From: Verrucomicrobiales bacterium | Lineage (GTDB): Bacteria; Verrucomicrobiota; Verrucomicrobiia; Verrucomicrobiales; V1-33 | DNA length: 20,953 bases | Direction: 5' to 3' | NCBI GenBank assembly: GCA_031411295.1 | Contig: JANOAV010000102.1 | Coordinates: 1 to 20,953, forward strand | Shown: positions 7,525 through 17,100 of the stretch, one piece after another | Layout of the letters: every line of letters begins with the position of its first letter | How positions within the stretch are numbered: position 1 is the stretch's first letter | Translations under genes and position numbers: made by a program | Notes under the pieces: generated by a model | What the model was told of the DNA's origin: nothing | What the model saw: only the letters and a program-made list of their open reading frames with translations | The model's database searches: none

Positions 7525-9060
7525 CTACCGCACCTCGTATTTTGGCGCTTCCTCCACCTGCGCTTTCGGCAGGAAGAAGCTCACGAGGAAACTAATCAAG
7601 GCCATGGTGCAGGCCACATAGCCAGCAGCCTGCGCGAAATGCACGGGCTTGGTTAGTGCCGCTCCGCCAGCGAGCATGGGCGCAACAAATTTCGAGGTCA
7701 CCAGCGCCATACTGGTGCCGATCATGCGTCCACCCACATTGGTGGCGAAGCTGCCACCCGTGCCGCGCAAGTGCAACGGAAAAACCTTCGGCAAGTATTC
7801 GCCCATAAAACTGAATTGCGCCACGGTGAGCAGCCCGCACAAGGCATAGGCCCACATGAAGCTGCTGCCCCCGCTCTGAAACAGGTAGAGATAGGTCAGC
7901 GGCAAGATGATCAGCGATGGAATCTGGAACAAGCGCAACAACCCCAGTTGGCCCATGCCGAGGATGACGAGGATCGCCAGCAGGATCCGTCCTGCCAAGC
8001 CGCCCATTTCCTGATACATTTGCACATCCTCACCTTTGGAATCGATCGGCTTCAGGAAAGGATCCTGCGCGTTTTTGTTGGCTTTGATTTTATCCACGAC
8101 CGCCTTCTGCTCCGGGGTGCCCTTAACGCGGTCGAACTCCACGATCAACGCCTTGGATTCCGCCCGCAGTGGAGCCAGCGATTTCGCCTGTTCGGATAAT
8201 TCAGGGAGGCCAGGCGCGATGACCTTTGGCGTGAGTTGCAGGGCACCGAAGGCAATCCCATAGGCACAAGCGCTGAGAGCCGCCGTCACCAGCGTGGTGC
8301 GACGCAACTCCGGTGCAAACAACGCTCCGAAGCTGGGGCGCTGCAGCGTGCCGGCATCCTTGCGGGCTTTCCAGACGCGCGATTCCGGCACAAATGGCAG
8401 CAGCAGCGCGATGGGGATTGCTGGCAGAATGCCCGTCATCAGCAAATAGCGCCATTTGTCAGGCCCAGTGCCGCCCAATGCAGTCGGCAGGCCCCAATGC
8501 GGCAAATCCTGGATGTGTTTCCCAATCCAAATGGCGACCATCGTCACCAAGACCCCACCCAGCGAGGCGAACGCTTGGGTGATGCCCAGCCAGCGCCCGC
8601 GTTGTTTCTTGTCTTCAAATACCTCGGACAGCCAGGTAATGGCCGCCACAAATTCCACGCAAACTCCGATAAAAGTGGTGCAGCGAAAAAAGATAAACAT
8701 CCCGAGCGAGGTGCTGTAAGCGGCCGCAAATGGAGATAACGAATACACAAAAATACTCAGCGCCATGATCCGCTTCCGTCCGAACTGATCGATCAGTCGC
8801 CCGCCCAAGAGGCCGAACACCCCGCCGCATAAGGCCGTCATCCAGAGCAAATTCCCCATCCATTCCGCGACCAATGGGTGACTGGGAGGCACCCGTAGCA
8901 ACTCGGCAATGGCTGGAACCCCCACCAACGGAGTCATCAGCAACTCATAAGTATCAAACAAAAAGCCGATGCTGGCGATGATGATAATCAGCCACTGCAC
9001 CCGGGTGAACGGGGCCGTAGCGGAGGGATGGGGCGAGGCGATGGGAGTAGTGTGGCTCAT
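7525..9060 (-). CDS. Major facilitator superfamily transporter
   Basis: GFLFDTYE in TM1, motif A GRLIDQFGRK, PESRVW, and EYLPKVFPLHLRGTG. About 12 hydrophobic segments. ATG 9060 chosen as start. Confidence 0.92.
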   Translation of the reverse strand: MSHTTPIASPHPSATAPFTRVQWLIIIIASIGFLFDTYELLMTPLVGVPAIAELLRVPPSHPLVAEWMGNLLWMTALCGGVFGLLGGRLIDQFGRKRIMALSIFVYSLSPFAAAYSTSLGMFIFFRCTTFIGVCVEFVAAITWLSEVFEDKKQRGRWLGITQAFASLGGVLVTMVAIWIGKHIQDLPHWGLPTALGGTGPDKWRYLLMTGILPAIPIALLLPFVPESRVWKARKDAGTLQRPSFGALFAPELRRTTLVTAALSACAYGIAFGALQLTPKVIAPGLPELSEQAKSLAPLRAESKALIVEFDRVKGTPEQKAVVDKIKANKNAQDPFLKPIDSKGEDVQMYQEMGGLAGRILLAILVILGMGQLGLLRLFQIPSLIILPLTYLYLFQSGGSSFMWAYALCGLLTVAQFSFMGEYLPKVFPLHLRGTGGSFATNVGGRMIGTSMALVTSKFVAPMLAGGAALTKPVHFAQAAGYVACTMALISFLVSFFLPKAQVEEAPKYEVR

Positions 9061-9285
9061 GGATTGCGGAAAGTTTGCACGGATGCTGGCGGACTTCCGC
9101 CGATCAGCAAAGTGAAATTTACGTAGTTCTGCCGCTCTGGCCTCGCTGACCGGCCTCTGCAATACCTCCAAAATTTCCTTGGCGCTCTGCTGGGACGCGA
9201 TTACAAGTCGCCCCCGCAGCCAGGCCCTTCCCCTCTCATCTTCCCCTCATCTCCCCCTTCTGGCCTGCGTGGATCCCATCAGCTC

Positions 9286-10656
9286 ATGCCTCGTATTACC
9301 TTTCAGTCCCTCGCCCGCAAAAATGAAATCGGGTGCAATAGTTATTGCCTCGAGATCGATTCCACCCGCATCGTCCTCGATACCGGCATGCACCCGAAAG
9401 TGGAAGGCAAGGAAGCGATTCCCGATTTCTCCCATCTCAAGGATTTAAAAGTGGATGCCGCCATCATCACCCATGCTCACTTGGATCACAGCGGCTGTCT
9501 GCCCTTGTTCCAACGGGAGCACAGCGAGGCGGAGATCATTATGACGGAACCGACGGGCGCTCTGGTTGAAGCCATGCTGCATAATAGTGTCAATGTGATG
9601 ACCGCCAAGCGGGCCGAACATAACATCACAAACTACCCGTTGTTCGTCCACGGGGAAATTGACCGGCAGGAACGCTCCTGGTCGTTCCGCCGCGTGGAGC
9701 AAACGTTCTCTTTGGGGGTCGACCATGTTTACACCCGATTCTACGATGCCGGGCATATTCTGGGCTCCGTCGGGGTGCTCTTCGAACACGAAGGGCAGCG
9801 CGTGTTTTATACAGGCGATGTTCAATTCGAGGATCAAACCCTGTTGAAAGGAGCCGCCTTCCCGCAGGATCACGTGGATGTGCTCATCATGGAAACCACC
9901 CGTGGCTCCGTGGCCCGTCGGCCGGATTATACCCGGCAGGAAGAAATGAAGCGACTGGGTGCGGCCATTACCGAGACCCTGAACAAAGGCGGTTCCGTGC
10001 TGATCCCCGTCTTCGCCTTGGGCAAGACTCAGGAAGTCCTCCTCATGCTCCACGAACTGGACCTTCAAGGCCTCCTCCCGAAGCATGCTCCAGTGCAAAT
10101 CGGCGGACTGGCCGCCAAAATGACGACCATCACGGACAAATTTGCCGATCAAGTGCGGCGCAATCATCATGGGGTGAAAATTTTGGAAATGCGGGATCTC
10201 GTAGCCTCCAATCCCAAGAAAGGCCATCACCGCACCCTCTACGCCCCCGGGCGCATCTACGCCCTCAGCAGCGGCATGATGACGGAAAAAACGACCTCCA
10301 ACGACATGGCGTTCCAGTTTCTGGACAACCCGAAAAATGCCCTCCTCATGGTCGGCTACGCAGACCCCGCCAGCCCCGCTGGAGCCATTTTACAAGCCAA
10401 ACAAGGCGACCCCGTCCAACTGGATCAAAGCCTCGCCCCTATCACGCTGAAATGTCGGGTTGAGCATTATGACTTTAGTGGCCATGCCCACCGCGATTTA
10501 CTCATGGCCTACGCCAAGCAACTCTCCCCCAAGAAAATCCTTCTCGTCCATGGCGACGGCCCGGCCTTGGCTTGGTTCAAAGAACAACTCAGCATCGAAC
10601 TGCCGGGCACCGAAGTCATTATTCCTGTGCCAGGGGAGAAATTGACGCTGCACTAG
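9286..10656 (+). CDS. MBL-fold beta-CASP ribonuclease (Ysh1/CPSF73-like bacterial family)
   Basis: LDTG, THAHLDHSG (HxHxDH), AGHILGS, YTGD, METT, IPVFALGKTQE, SSGM, FSGHA and LVHGD motifs. Confidence 0.92.
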   Translation: MPRITFQSLARKNEIGCNSYCLEIDSTRIVLDTGMHPKVEGKEAIPDFSHLKDLKVDAAIITHAHLDHSGCLPLFQREHSEAEIIMTEPTGALVEAMLHNSVNVMTAKRAEHNITNYPLFVHGEIDRQERSWSFRRVEQTFSLGVDHVYTRFYDAGHILGSVGVLFEHEGQRVFYTGDVQFEDQTLLKGAAFPQDHVDVLIMETTRGSVARRPDYTRQEEMKRLGAAITETLNKGGSVLIPVFALGKTQEVLLMLHELDLQGLLPKHAPVQIGGLAAKMTTITDKFADQVRRNHHGVKILEMRDLVASNPKKGHHRTLYAPGRIYALSSGMMTEKTTSNDMAFQFLDNPKNALLMVGYADPASPAGAILQAKQGDPVQLDQSLAPITLKCRVEHYDFSGHAHRDLLMAYAKQLSPKKILLVHGDGPALAWFKEQLSIELPGTEVIIPVPGEKLTLH

Positions 10657-10709
10657 TAAACGGTCTGTGCACTGGCGGCTAGCACCGACTAAGTCACATG
10701 AATCCAAGC

Positions 10710-12014
10710 TCAAGGATTGGCAATGGGCTCCAAGTCACTCGAGGAAACTTTCGGTTCTCCTTGGGTGCTAAGCTCCCAACTCTTAGCATCCACTGCCAAC
10801 CGGTAGGCAATGGGCACGGGAGGTTCACTGAAGGGATCCATCGGCACGGCGGCCATGGCATCGGTTAGTTTCTGCGGCCAGGCTCCGGTCTTCAACTTGT
10901 GTTGGTAAATGGCAAGCAGGGCCAACGTTAGGCTGCGGTGGGCTTCGGGCAGTCTTAGGGTTTCCTGGAATATTCTTTCGTATAGTTTAGCCGACTCTTT
11001 CAGGCCGATGCGCGTGATCGGATCTGGTCGAACAAACACCGTCCAGGCGGGCTCCACCTCGGTGAATTTCAACAAGGCAGTGCCGGGATTACCATGGCGC
11101 GGATCCTTCTCCACCGCAGCAATGGCGTGGGAGAAGGCGACGCGCAAATTCTGCTGCCGCTGCGGTTTACGGCTTCCAATCAAGAAGGCAACGGGCTCCA
11201 ACCGCTCGGCGGGATCAGTATAATAGGCGCTTTTTACCCCCTGATACTGGATGTTGGACCGCAATTCCCAACGCAGCACTTCCGCTAAATCGCGCTCCCG
11301 CACCCCTGCTTGATGCAGTAAATTTTCCAATCGCTGAAAATCTGCCGGATCCTTCAGTTGGGCCGCCTCGTGTCGTGCCAAGGCATACGCCATGTTACCG
11401 AGCGCGTTGCCTACGAGCGTCCCCATGAGGCTGCTGTTCTGAAGGCGATCCATCAATTTCAGTTCAGTTAGAATGGTCGCTTCTACCGCTACGTAATCAC
11501 CCGATTCTAAGCTTCGACTCGCTCTAGCGCTGAGGTAACTCGCGCTGTTAACGCATTCGCTAACCGGAAAAAACCAAACATCCTCCGGCATGGGTAGCAG
11601 GCACGCTTCGATGGGCTGCTCGGCGGCCTGGTCCAGACACTCGAACGCCGGTGAGAGCGTGTTCACTGCTGAATCCAGCTCGGGGAAATCCGCAGTCGCC
11701 CAAGGCCGGAGCTTCGATTTTGAGAAGGCCGCGTGCTGAGCTTTTGTGGCCTCGTCCAAAACGACTTTCTTCAGCTCTGCTCCCGCCTGCTCCAGCAAGC
11801 CTGCAAAGCTCACGGGAGTCACATCGTTTCGTGAATACATACTGAGCGGCTCCAAGCGGACTCCCGGCACCACCTCCCCCCACGGCTGCTGCATCCCCCA
11901 CTCAAACACCGCCACAAACGAAATGAACAACGCCAAGGACCAACGTCGAATTTTCTTCCAAGCCCAAGGCTGGGCCGGCGCAAGATCATGGTGAAGTTCC
12001 TCTGGTTGGTTCAT
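10710..12014 (-). CDS. Hypothetical membrane-anchored helical protein
   Basis: Long ORF with one N-terminal TM segment (WSLALFISFVAVF). C-terminus is IYQHKLKTGAWPQKL...PMDPF. Start codon uncertain (ATG 12014 chosen). Confidence 0.75.
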   Translation of the reverse strand: MNQPEELHHDLAPAQPWAWKKIRRWSLALFISFVAVFEWGMQQPWGEVVPGVRLEPLSMYSRNDVTPVSFAGLLEQAGAELKKVVLDEATKAQHAAFSKSKLRPWATADFPELDSAVNTLSPAFECLDQAAEQPIEACLLPMPEDVWFFPVSECVNSASYLSARASRSLESGDYVAVEATILTELKLMDRLQNSSLMGTLVGNALGNMAYALARHEAAQLKDPADFQRLENLLHQAGVRERDLAEVLRWELRSNIQYQGVKSAYYTDPAERLEPVAFLIGSRKPQRQQNLRVAFSHAIAAVEKDPRHGNPGTALLKFTEVEPAWTVFVRPDPITRIGLKESAKLYERIFQETLRLPEAHRSLTLALLAIYQHKLKTGAWPQKLTDAMAAVPMDPFSEPPVPIAYRLAVDAKSWELSTQGEPKVSSSDLEPIANP

Positions 12015-12122
12015 AGCCTTCACTTCTAACGCAATGCCCCAAACTCTGCAAACCAATAGGAGGGTGGACATTCTGTCCACCAGTCCCCGCAACAACAAAA
12101 GCACCGAGCCACCCCACCCCAC

Positions 12123-13043
12123 CTAGTAAAAACTCCAAGCCAGCACCCGACTCTGCTTCTGCCCCTGCGCCATTTCCAGCACCCGCACCTGCTTCGCTCC
12201 CACCTGCTCCAACTGCCTTTCCAGCGGCCTCAGATGCTCTCCCTTGGAAATGAGGCTCGTGAACCACTGACACAATTGTGGCACCCGGGCACTTTGGGAA
12301 ATCATGCGTTCGACGAACGCCAACTCTCCCCCCGGACACCACAATTCGCTATGGGTGCCACCGAAATTTAACTGCACCTTCGCCACCGCCCGTCCTGTCA
12401 GGTTCCGCTGCTTGCGCCTGGACCCGGCTGCGGCGGCCTCAGCCGATTCGTGAAATGGCGGATTGCAGATGGAAACCGTGAAACGTTCCCCCGGCTGCAT
12501 TACGCCCTGGAAACACTGCGTTCGCGCAGGTTGGTGTCGCAGCGCAATGAGATCACGCACCTTTGGATTCGCAGCGACCAGCCCGGTCGCCCATTCCAAG
12601 GCTAACGAATCAACCTCCGTGCCCACAAACCGCCAGCCGTATTCACTGGCCCCGATCAATGGATAAACACAATTGGCCCCCACTCCAAGATCCAAGACGG
12701 ATACCTCCGTGCCTCGTGGCAAGGCGTTCCCATCCGCCAACAAGTCCGCCACATAATGCAAGTAATCGCTGCGACCCGGAATCGGCGGACAGAGATAACC
12801 AGTCGGAAGATCCCAATGCTCCAGACCATAGCCATGTCGCAGCAGGGCTTGGTTCAGGGCTTTAACTGCGGCGGGATTGCCGTAGTCAATCGAATCATCC
12901 CCGTATGCATTACGCGAGACGAATTCCTTCAGAGCAGAACTGCACGCGATCAATGCCGGGAAATCATACCGCCCACGGAAACGATTCCGAGGATGCAAAC
13001 CTGGCTTCGTAACAGGAGGAGAGGGACGGGATTTCGAGGGCAT
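12123..13043 (-). CDS. rlmF: 23S rRNA (adenine(1618)-N6)-methyltransferase
   Basis: LHPRNRFRGRYDF, AVKALNQALL, LCPPIPGRSDY, LDLGVGANCVYPLIG, CNPPFH, LNFGG..ELWCPGGE and MAQGQKQSRVLAWSF. Confidence 0.96.
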   Translation of the reverse strand: MPSKSRPSPPVTKPGLHPRNRFRGRYDFPALIACSSALKEFVSRNAYGDDSIDYGNPAAVKALNQALLRHGYGLEHWDLPTGYLCPPIPGRSDYLHYVADLLADGNALPRGTEVSVLDLGVGANCVYPLIGASEYGWRFVGTEVDSLALEWATGLVAANPKVRDLIALRHQPARTQCFQGVMQPGERFTVSICNPPFHESAEAAAAGSRRKQRNLTGRAVAKVQLNFGGTHSELWCPGGELAFVERMISQSARVPQLCQWFTSLISKGEHLRPLERQLEQVGAKQVRVLEMAQGQKQSRVLAWSFY

Positions 13044-13187
13044 GGGATGTGATTGGCTCTGGCAGGCTACTGTAGCATCAACCCATTCCAAGGAGTTTCA
13101 TTTTCGATTCCAGATCAAAACCGGGATGCACCATAGCGGCCGGCCAATAAATAAGCGTGGCATTTCGTCTGCCAGTGAACCTTCCAG

Positions 13188-13267
13188 AACGTGGTTGCGA
13201 CTGGCTCAGCCGCAACAGCATCTGGACCAGGCCCTATCGTTGCGGCTAGGCCAGCCGCAACCACGTT
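13188..13267. repeat. Inverted doublet of REP-like palindromes (REPIN-like)
   Basis: Arm 13188..13216 (AACGTGGTTGCGACTGGCTCAGCCGCAAC) and the reverse complement of 13239..13267 (AACGTGGTTGCGGCTGGCCTAGCCGCAAC) match 26/29, with a 22-nt spacer. Each arm is GTGG followed by its own hairpin (TTGCGGCT-N5-AGCCGCAA). Confidence 0.8.
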
Positions 13268-13376
13268 GGCGGGAGAAGTAAGGGGGCGGCCTGTTAATTC
13301 AAAGAATTCAATGACGCTGGTTTCGTGATTTTGCCAGAAACACCGAGAGATGGAGCGTGGATTGGCATTGAGGAAC

Positions 13377-13631
13377 CTAGCCTACCCCCTTCTGCAGATC
13401 TCGCAACACCCGCAGGTCTCCGGCCTCGACTCCTCTCAGTTTTCTGGCTCCGCTTTTCCGATTCTTCCCAAACCGATCCCGCACCGAGGCGAAGACTTCA
13501 TTTATGAACCCAGCACGTCCGAAGATTCCTCCTCGTGTTAAGTAGTTCACCTTGATCCGCAGCATTTGCCCGCGCGAGAGTTTCCCGCCAGCAGGGTGCA
13601 CAGCTTCGATGGTTTCCAGTTTGAAGCCGGC
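13377..13631 (-). pseudogene. 3' remnant of a RAYT/Y1(HuH)-type transposase gene
   Basis: Frame reads AGFKLETIEAVHPAGGKLSRGQMLRIKVNYLTRGGIFGRAGFINEVFASVRDRFGKNRKSGARKLRG...LRDLQ. From recall, this resembles the C-terminal tail of verrucomicrobial Y1 transposases. It lies next to the REP doublet; no catalytic domain is present. Confidence 0.6.
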
Positions 13632-13876
13632 ACCAAGGGGGGCTCATCAGCGGCTTGCAGTCTGGCTGGTGAGAAATCCCCTGCGCACTCGACGTCGAGG
13701 AACTGGGGGGCCGCCGCCACCACGCCTGCGTCAGCCAGGCGCTGAGCCCTGCGCCAAGCCAGCACTGATTGATAAGCCAAGCCCTGGCGCCGACAAAACG
13801 CAGCCAGCGAAAGCCCTCTAGAAGAATAACGCCGCAGCACAGCAGGCCGATAATTGGGAGTAGAACGAGAACGCAT
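13632..13876 (-). pseudogene. tnpA: IS66 accessory protein TnpA (HTH), truncated; ORF reads on to 13547 through unrelated sequence
   Basis: SRGLSLAAFCRRQGLAYQSVLAWRR...FLDVE is the IS66 TnpA HTH pattern. Confidence 0.75.
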
Positions 13877-13945
13877 AGGCCCCCAGTTTAGATCAGACAC
13901 CGCCCGCCCGCCTGCTCAAACGAATGAGTTTGGTCGAACGCTTAC
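13632..13945 (-). mobile_element. IS66-family remnant: left inverted repeat plus truncated tnpA
   Basis: Minus strand begins GTAAGCGTTCGACCAAACTC at 13945, a typical IS66 GTAAGCG terminus, about 70 nt before the tnpA ATG. No tnpB, tnpC or right IR found. Confidence 0.75.
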
Positions 13946-13947
13946 GC

Positions 13948-14171
13948 TGGTTTGACACAAAGGACCGAATAACGTGAATCCCTTCGGGAGTCACTCATTC
14001 GCACTCAAAAAAGGAACTGGCCAAACACCATCATTAGCTCAATTTAATGATATGATGGTTTGACAAGACTGGCAACGGATCGAATAACGTAAATCCCTCC
14101 GGGAGTCACTGATTCGCACTTAGAAAAAGAACTGACCAAACACCATTATTAGCTCAAATTAATAAAGTATG
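13948..14171 (+). repeat. Tandem duplication of a structured leader upstream of the NHL-repeat gene
   Basis: 13962..14048 vs 14077..14163 align ungapped at 77/87 identity. Both copies are preceded by TGGTTTGACA (13948, 14056) and followed shortly by an ATG (14052, 14169). Confidence 0.9.
14060..14088 (+). promoter_or_regulatory. Possible sigma70-type promoter
   Basis: TTGACA at 14060..14065, a 17-nt spacer, then AATAAC (only a 4/6 match to TATAAT). Confidence 0.3.
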
Positions 14172-17100
14172 ACCTTCCTTGTTCCTTTCTTCCGTCATCT
14201 TTTGGGGATACTCGCAGTCGTAGTCGGAAGCGCCACCGCTGAGGCTGCTGTGCTGATCCGCGATTATGAATTTAGTGGCAATCTCACGGATACGAAGGGA
14301 GGGCCGGCATTGGTGGCCAATGGGGGCACCATCAAGTCTGCTAGTTATGCCTTCGCAGCCCAACAAGGACTTACGTTGAGTAGTTGGACGAGCGTAGCCA
14401 ACGATAAGGGAAATTACACGCTGGATATTTCCTGTAAGATTACCACCACCAATGGACTGGGCGCCAAGGTAGGTAAGCTGGTGGATGTCAAGAACCTCAC
14501 CAGTGATGATGGGTTCTATCGCTTCGGTGAGACATCTGCGATCAACTGGTATAACGGCACTGATCCGACTGGGGGCGACAATGCGGGGATTGCGGGAACA
14601 TTTCCCCTCAATCTGTATGTGCGTGCAGTAGTGACGCGGAATGCCGCAACGAAGGCGCTGGTGGGCTACCTGAACGGGGCGGTTCAATTTTCCATTACGG
14701 ATACGTTCGACACAGGGCTCTTCGATGCCGCCAACAGTGTCATGCGTTTTTTCCAGGACGACTCCAGCACGACGGGCACGGAGTTTGCGACGGGCGAGGT
14801 CAATCAGATTAGGATCTACAGCGGCCCCATGACTGCGGCGGAGGTGGCTGCTCTGGGCGGTGCGAAGGCCGTGCCGAGTGATCCTAGCGCGAACGGGGTG
14901 TATGCTTGGACGAACCTAGCCGGAACTCCCAGTGGGGTGGGTTCCGCAAATGGAACGGGCACGGTGGCGCGTTTCTATGATCCAACGGGAGTGGCGATGG
15001 ATACCGCTGGCAACATTTATGTGGCGGACATGGATAATCACACGATCCGGAAGGTGACTCCCGCCGGGGTGGTGACAACGGTGGCGGGCGCGGCCGGCAT
15101 TTCCGGTAGTGCCGATGGCACGGCGGGGGCCGCCCGGTTTTATCGGCCAACGGGAGTCGCGTTGGATAGCACGGCCACCAATCTTTATATCGCGGATTCT
15201 AATAACACCATCCGCAAGCTGGTGGTGGCCTCCGGAGTGGTGACGACCCTGGCGGGCAAGGCCGATAGCTCCGGCAGCACGGATGGCACGGGCGCGGCTG
15301 CGAGGTTCGATGGGCCGGAAGGAATCGCAGTGTCCAGTTCGGGAAATCTTTACGTGGCAGATTCCGGGAACACCATTCGCAAGGTGGTCATCGCCACGGG
15401 CGTGGTCTCGACCATAGCGGGCACAGCTGGGTTCAGCGGAAATACGGATGGCGTGGGTGCGGCCGCTCGTTTCAATGAGCCGAAGGGAGTAGTCTTGGAT
15501 AGTGCGGGCACGACGCTCTATATTGCCGATCAGGATAACAATTCCATCCGTAAATTAGTTCTCGCTTCTGCCACCGTTTCCCGCTTGGCCGGCAGTGCCA
15601 CGGGGATTAGTGGCAGCGCGGATGGATCCGCCGACAATGCGCGCTTCGCCAGTCCCACGGGCATTGGATTGGATAGTAGTGGAAATATCTTTGTGGCTGA
15701 CACCGATAACAATACCATCCGCAAAGTGACCTCTACGGGGACCGTGACGACGCTGGCAGGAGCCAGTCTGCCAGACGGAAGCGGCCAGGGAACAGCGGAT
15801 GGCACGGGCACAGCGGCCAGATTCAATACGCCCATAGGCATCACAGTGAATGCCAGTGGCACGTTAGCTGTAGCTGATAGGGATAACCAGACCATCCGCA
15901 CCATCAATACCACGACTGCCGTGGTGACCACGCTAGCCGGATCCCCCCCGGCGTTTGCAGCCACCAATGCAGCTGGTAGCGGAGCCCGCTTCAAATCCCC
16001 TTTCGGTTTAGCGCTGGACACGGCTGGCAACGTTTATGTTGCTGATGAGCTGAATCATCTGATCCGTAAGGTTTCCTCAGCGGGAGTCGTGACCACGCTG
16101 GCAGGCACCTCAGGCGTGGCCGGAAGCACGAATGCCACGGGGACGGCAGCGAAATTTTTCGGACCGAATGGCGTAGCGGTGGATATTTTCGGCAACGTCT
16201 ATGTGGCGGATACGTATAACCATCTGATTCGGAAGATTACGGCAGCGGGAGCCGTAACGACCCTGGCAGGATCGGTGGGCACGGCAGGGAGCGTGGATGG
16301 CACGGGCGTGGCGGCTCAGTTCAACCATCCCGGCGGGTTGGCGGTGGATGGGAGCGGCAATGTTTATGTGGCGGATTCGGATAATCAGACGATCCGCAAA
16401 ATCACCGCCGGTGGCGTGGTGACAACGTTAGCGGGCCGCGCTGGCTCGGTGGGGAATTCGGATGGAGTGGCCGCCGGGGCACGATTTACCTTGCCTGTGG
16501 GAATCGCAGTGGATGGCAATGGCAATCTCTACATTGGGGATGAGGATGGTCATACAATTCGCAAGCTCACCCCGGGTGGTATTGTTAGCACGCTAGCAGG
16601 ATCTGCTGGGAGTTCCGGTTACCAGGACGGCATTGGCTCGGACGTTCAGTTTGACGGCCCGGATGGGGTGGCGGTGGACGCGTATGGGAATGTCTTCGTG
16701 GCTGACCATTCCAATAACGCCATCCGTAAAATCACGGCATCTGGAGTCGTGACTACCATTGGGGGGAATGTGTCTGCGGTTGCTGGTGGGGCCGACGGGC
16801 TGGGCTCGGCGGCTTATTTCTACAAGCCGGAGGGCATCGTAGTCTCCTCCACGGGCGTGCTCTATGTTTCCGATGCCGATAATAACCGCATCACCAAGGG
16901 GACGCTGAGCACGGCGGCCAATATTGCCGTTACGCTGGGGGGCTATGATTCGCAGACGGATGGGATTAACAGTGTGGACTTTGGGTATAATTCTACCGCT
17001 GGTCCCATCACCCAAACCTTTACTATCACAAATACAGGCACCGCCACCCTAACAGGGTTAGCCCTCGCGAAAGACGGGACAAGCTCAGCGGACTTCACGC

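Noticed and set aside
9445..10230. 261-aa minus-strand ORF
   Set aside because: Antisense to the beta-CASP gene; typical GC-rich shadow ORF.
13278..13291. GTAAGGGGGCGGCC as the IS66 right inverted repeat
   Set aside because: Only 10/14 match to the left IR, and the flanking 8-mers (CGGGAGAA vs GCTGGTTT) are not duplicated.
13314..13953. Direct repeat ACGCTGGTTT (13314..13323 and 13944..13953) as an IS66 8-bp target-site duplication
   Set aside because: No recognisable right IR follows 13323, and TGGTTT is also part of the duplicated leader (14056). Probably coincidental.
13948..14168. CRISPR array or known c-di-GMP riboswitch
   Set aside because: Only two long units with no unique spacers and no cas genes. 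GCACTT and AACTGACC faintly recall c-di-GMP-II, but the complementary AGTGC and other core motifs are missing.
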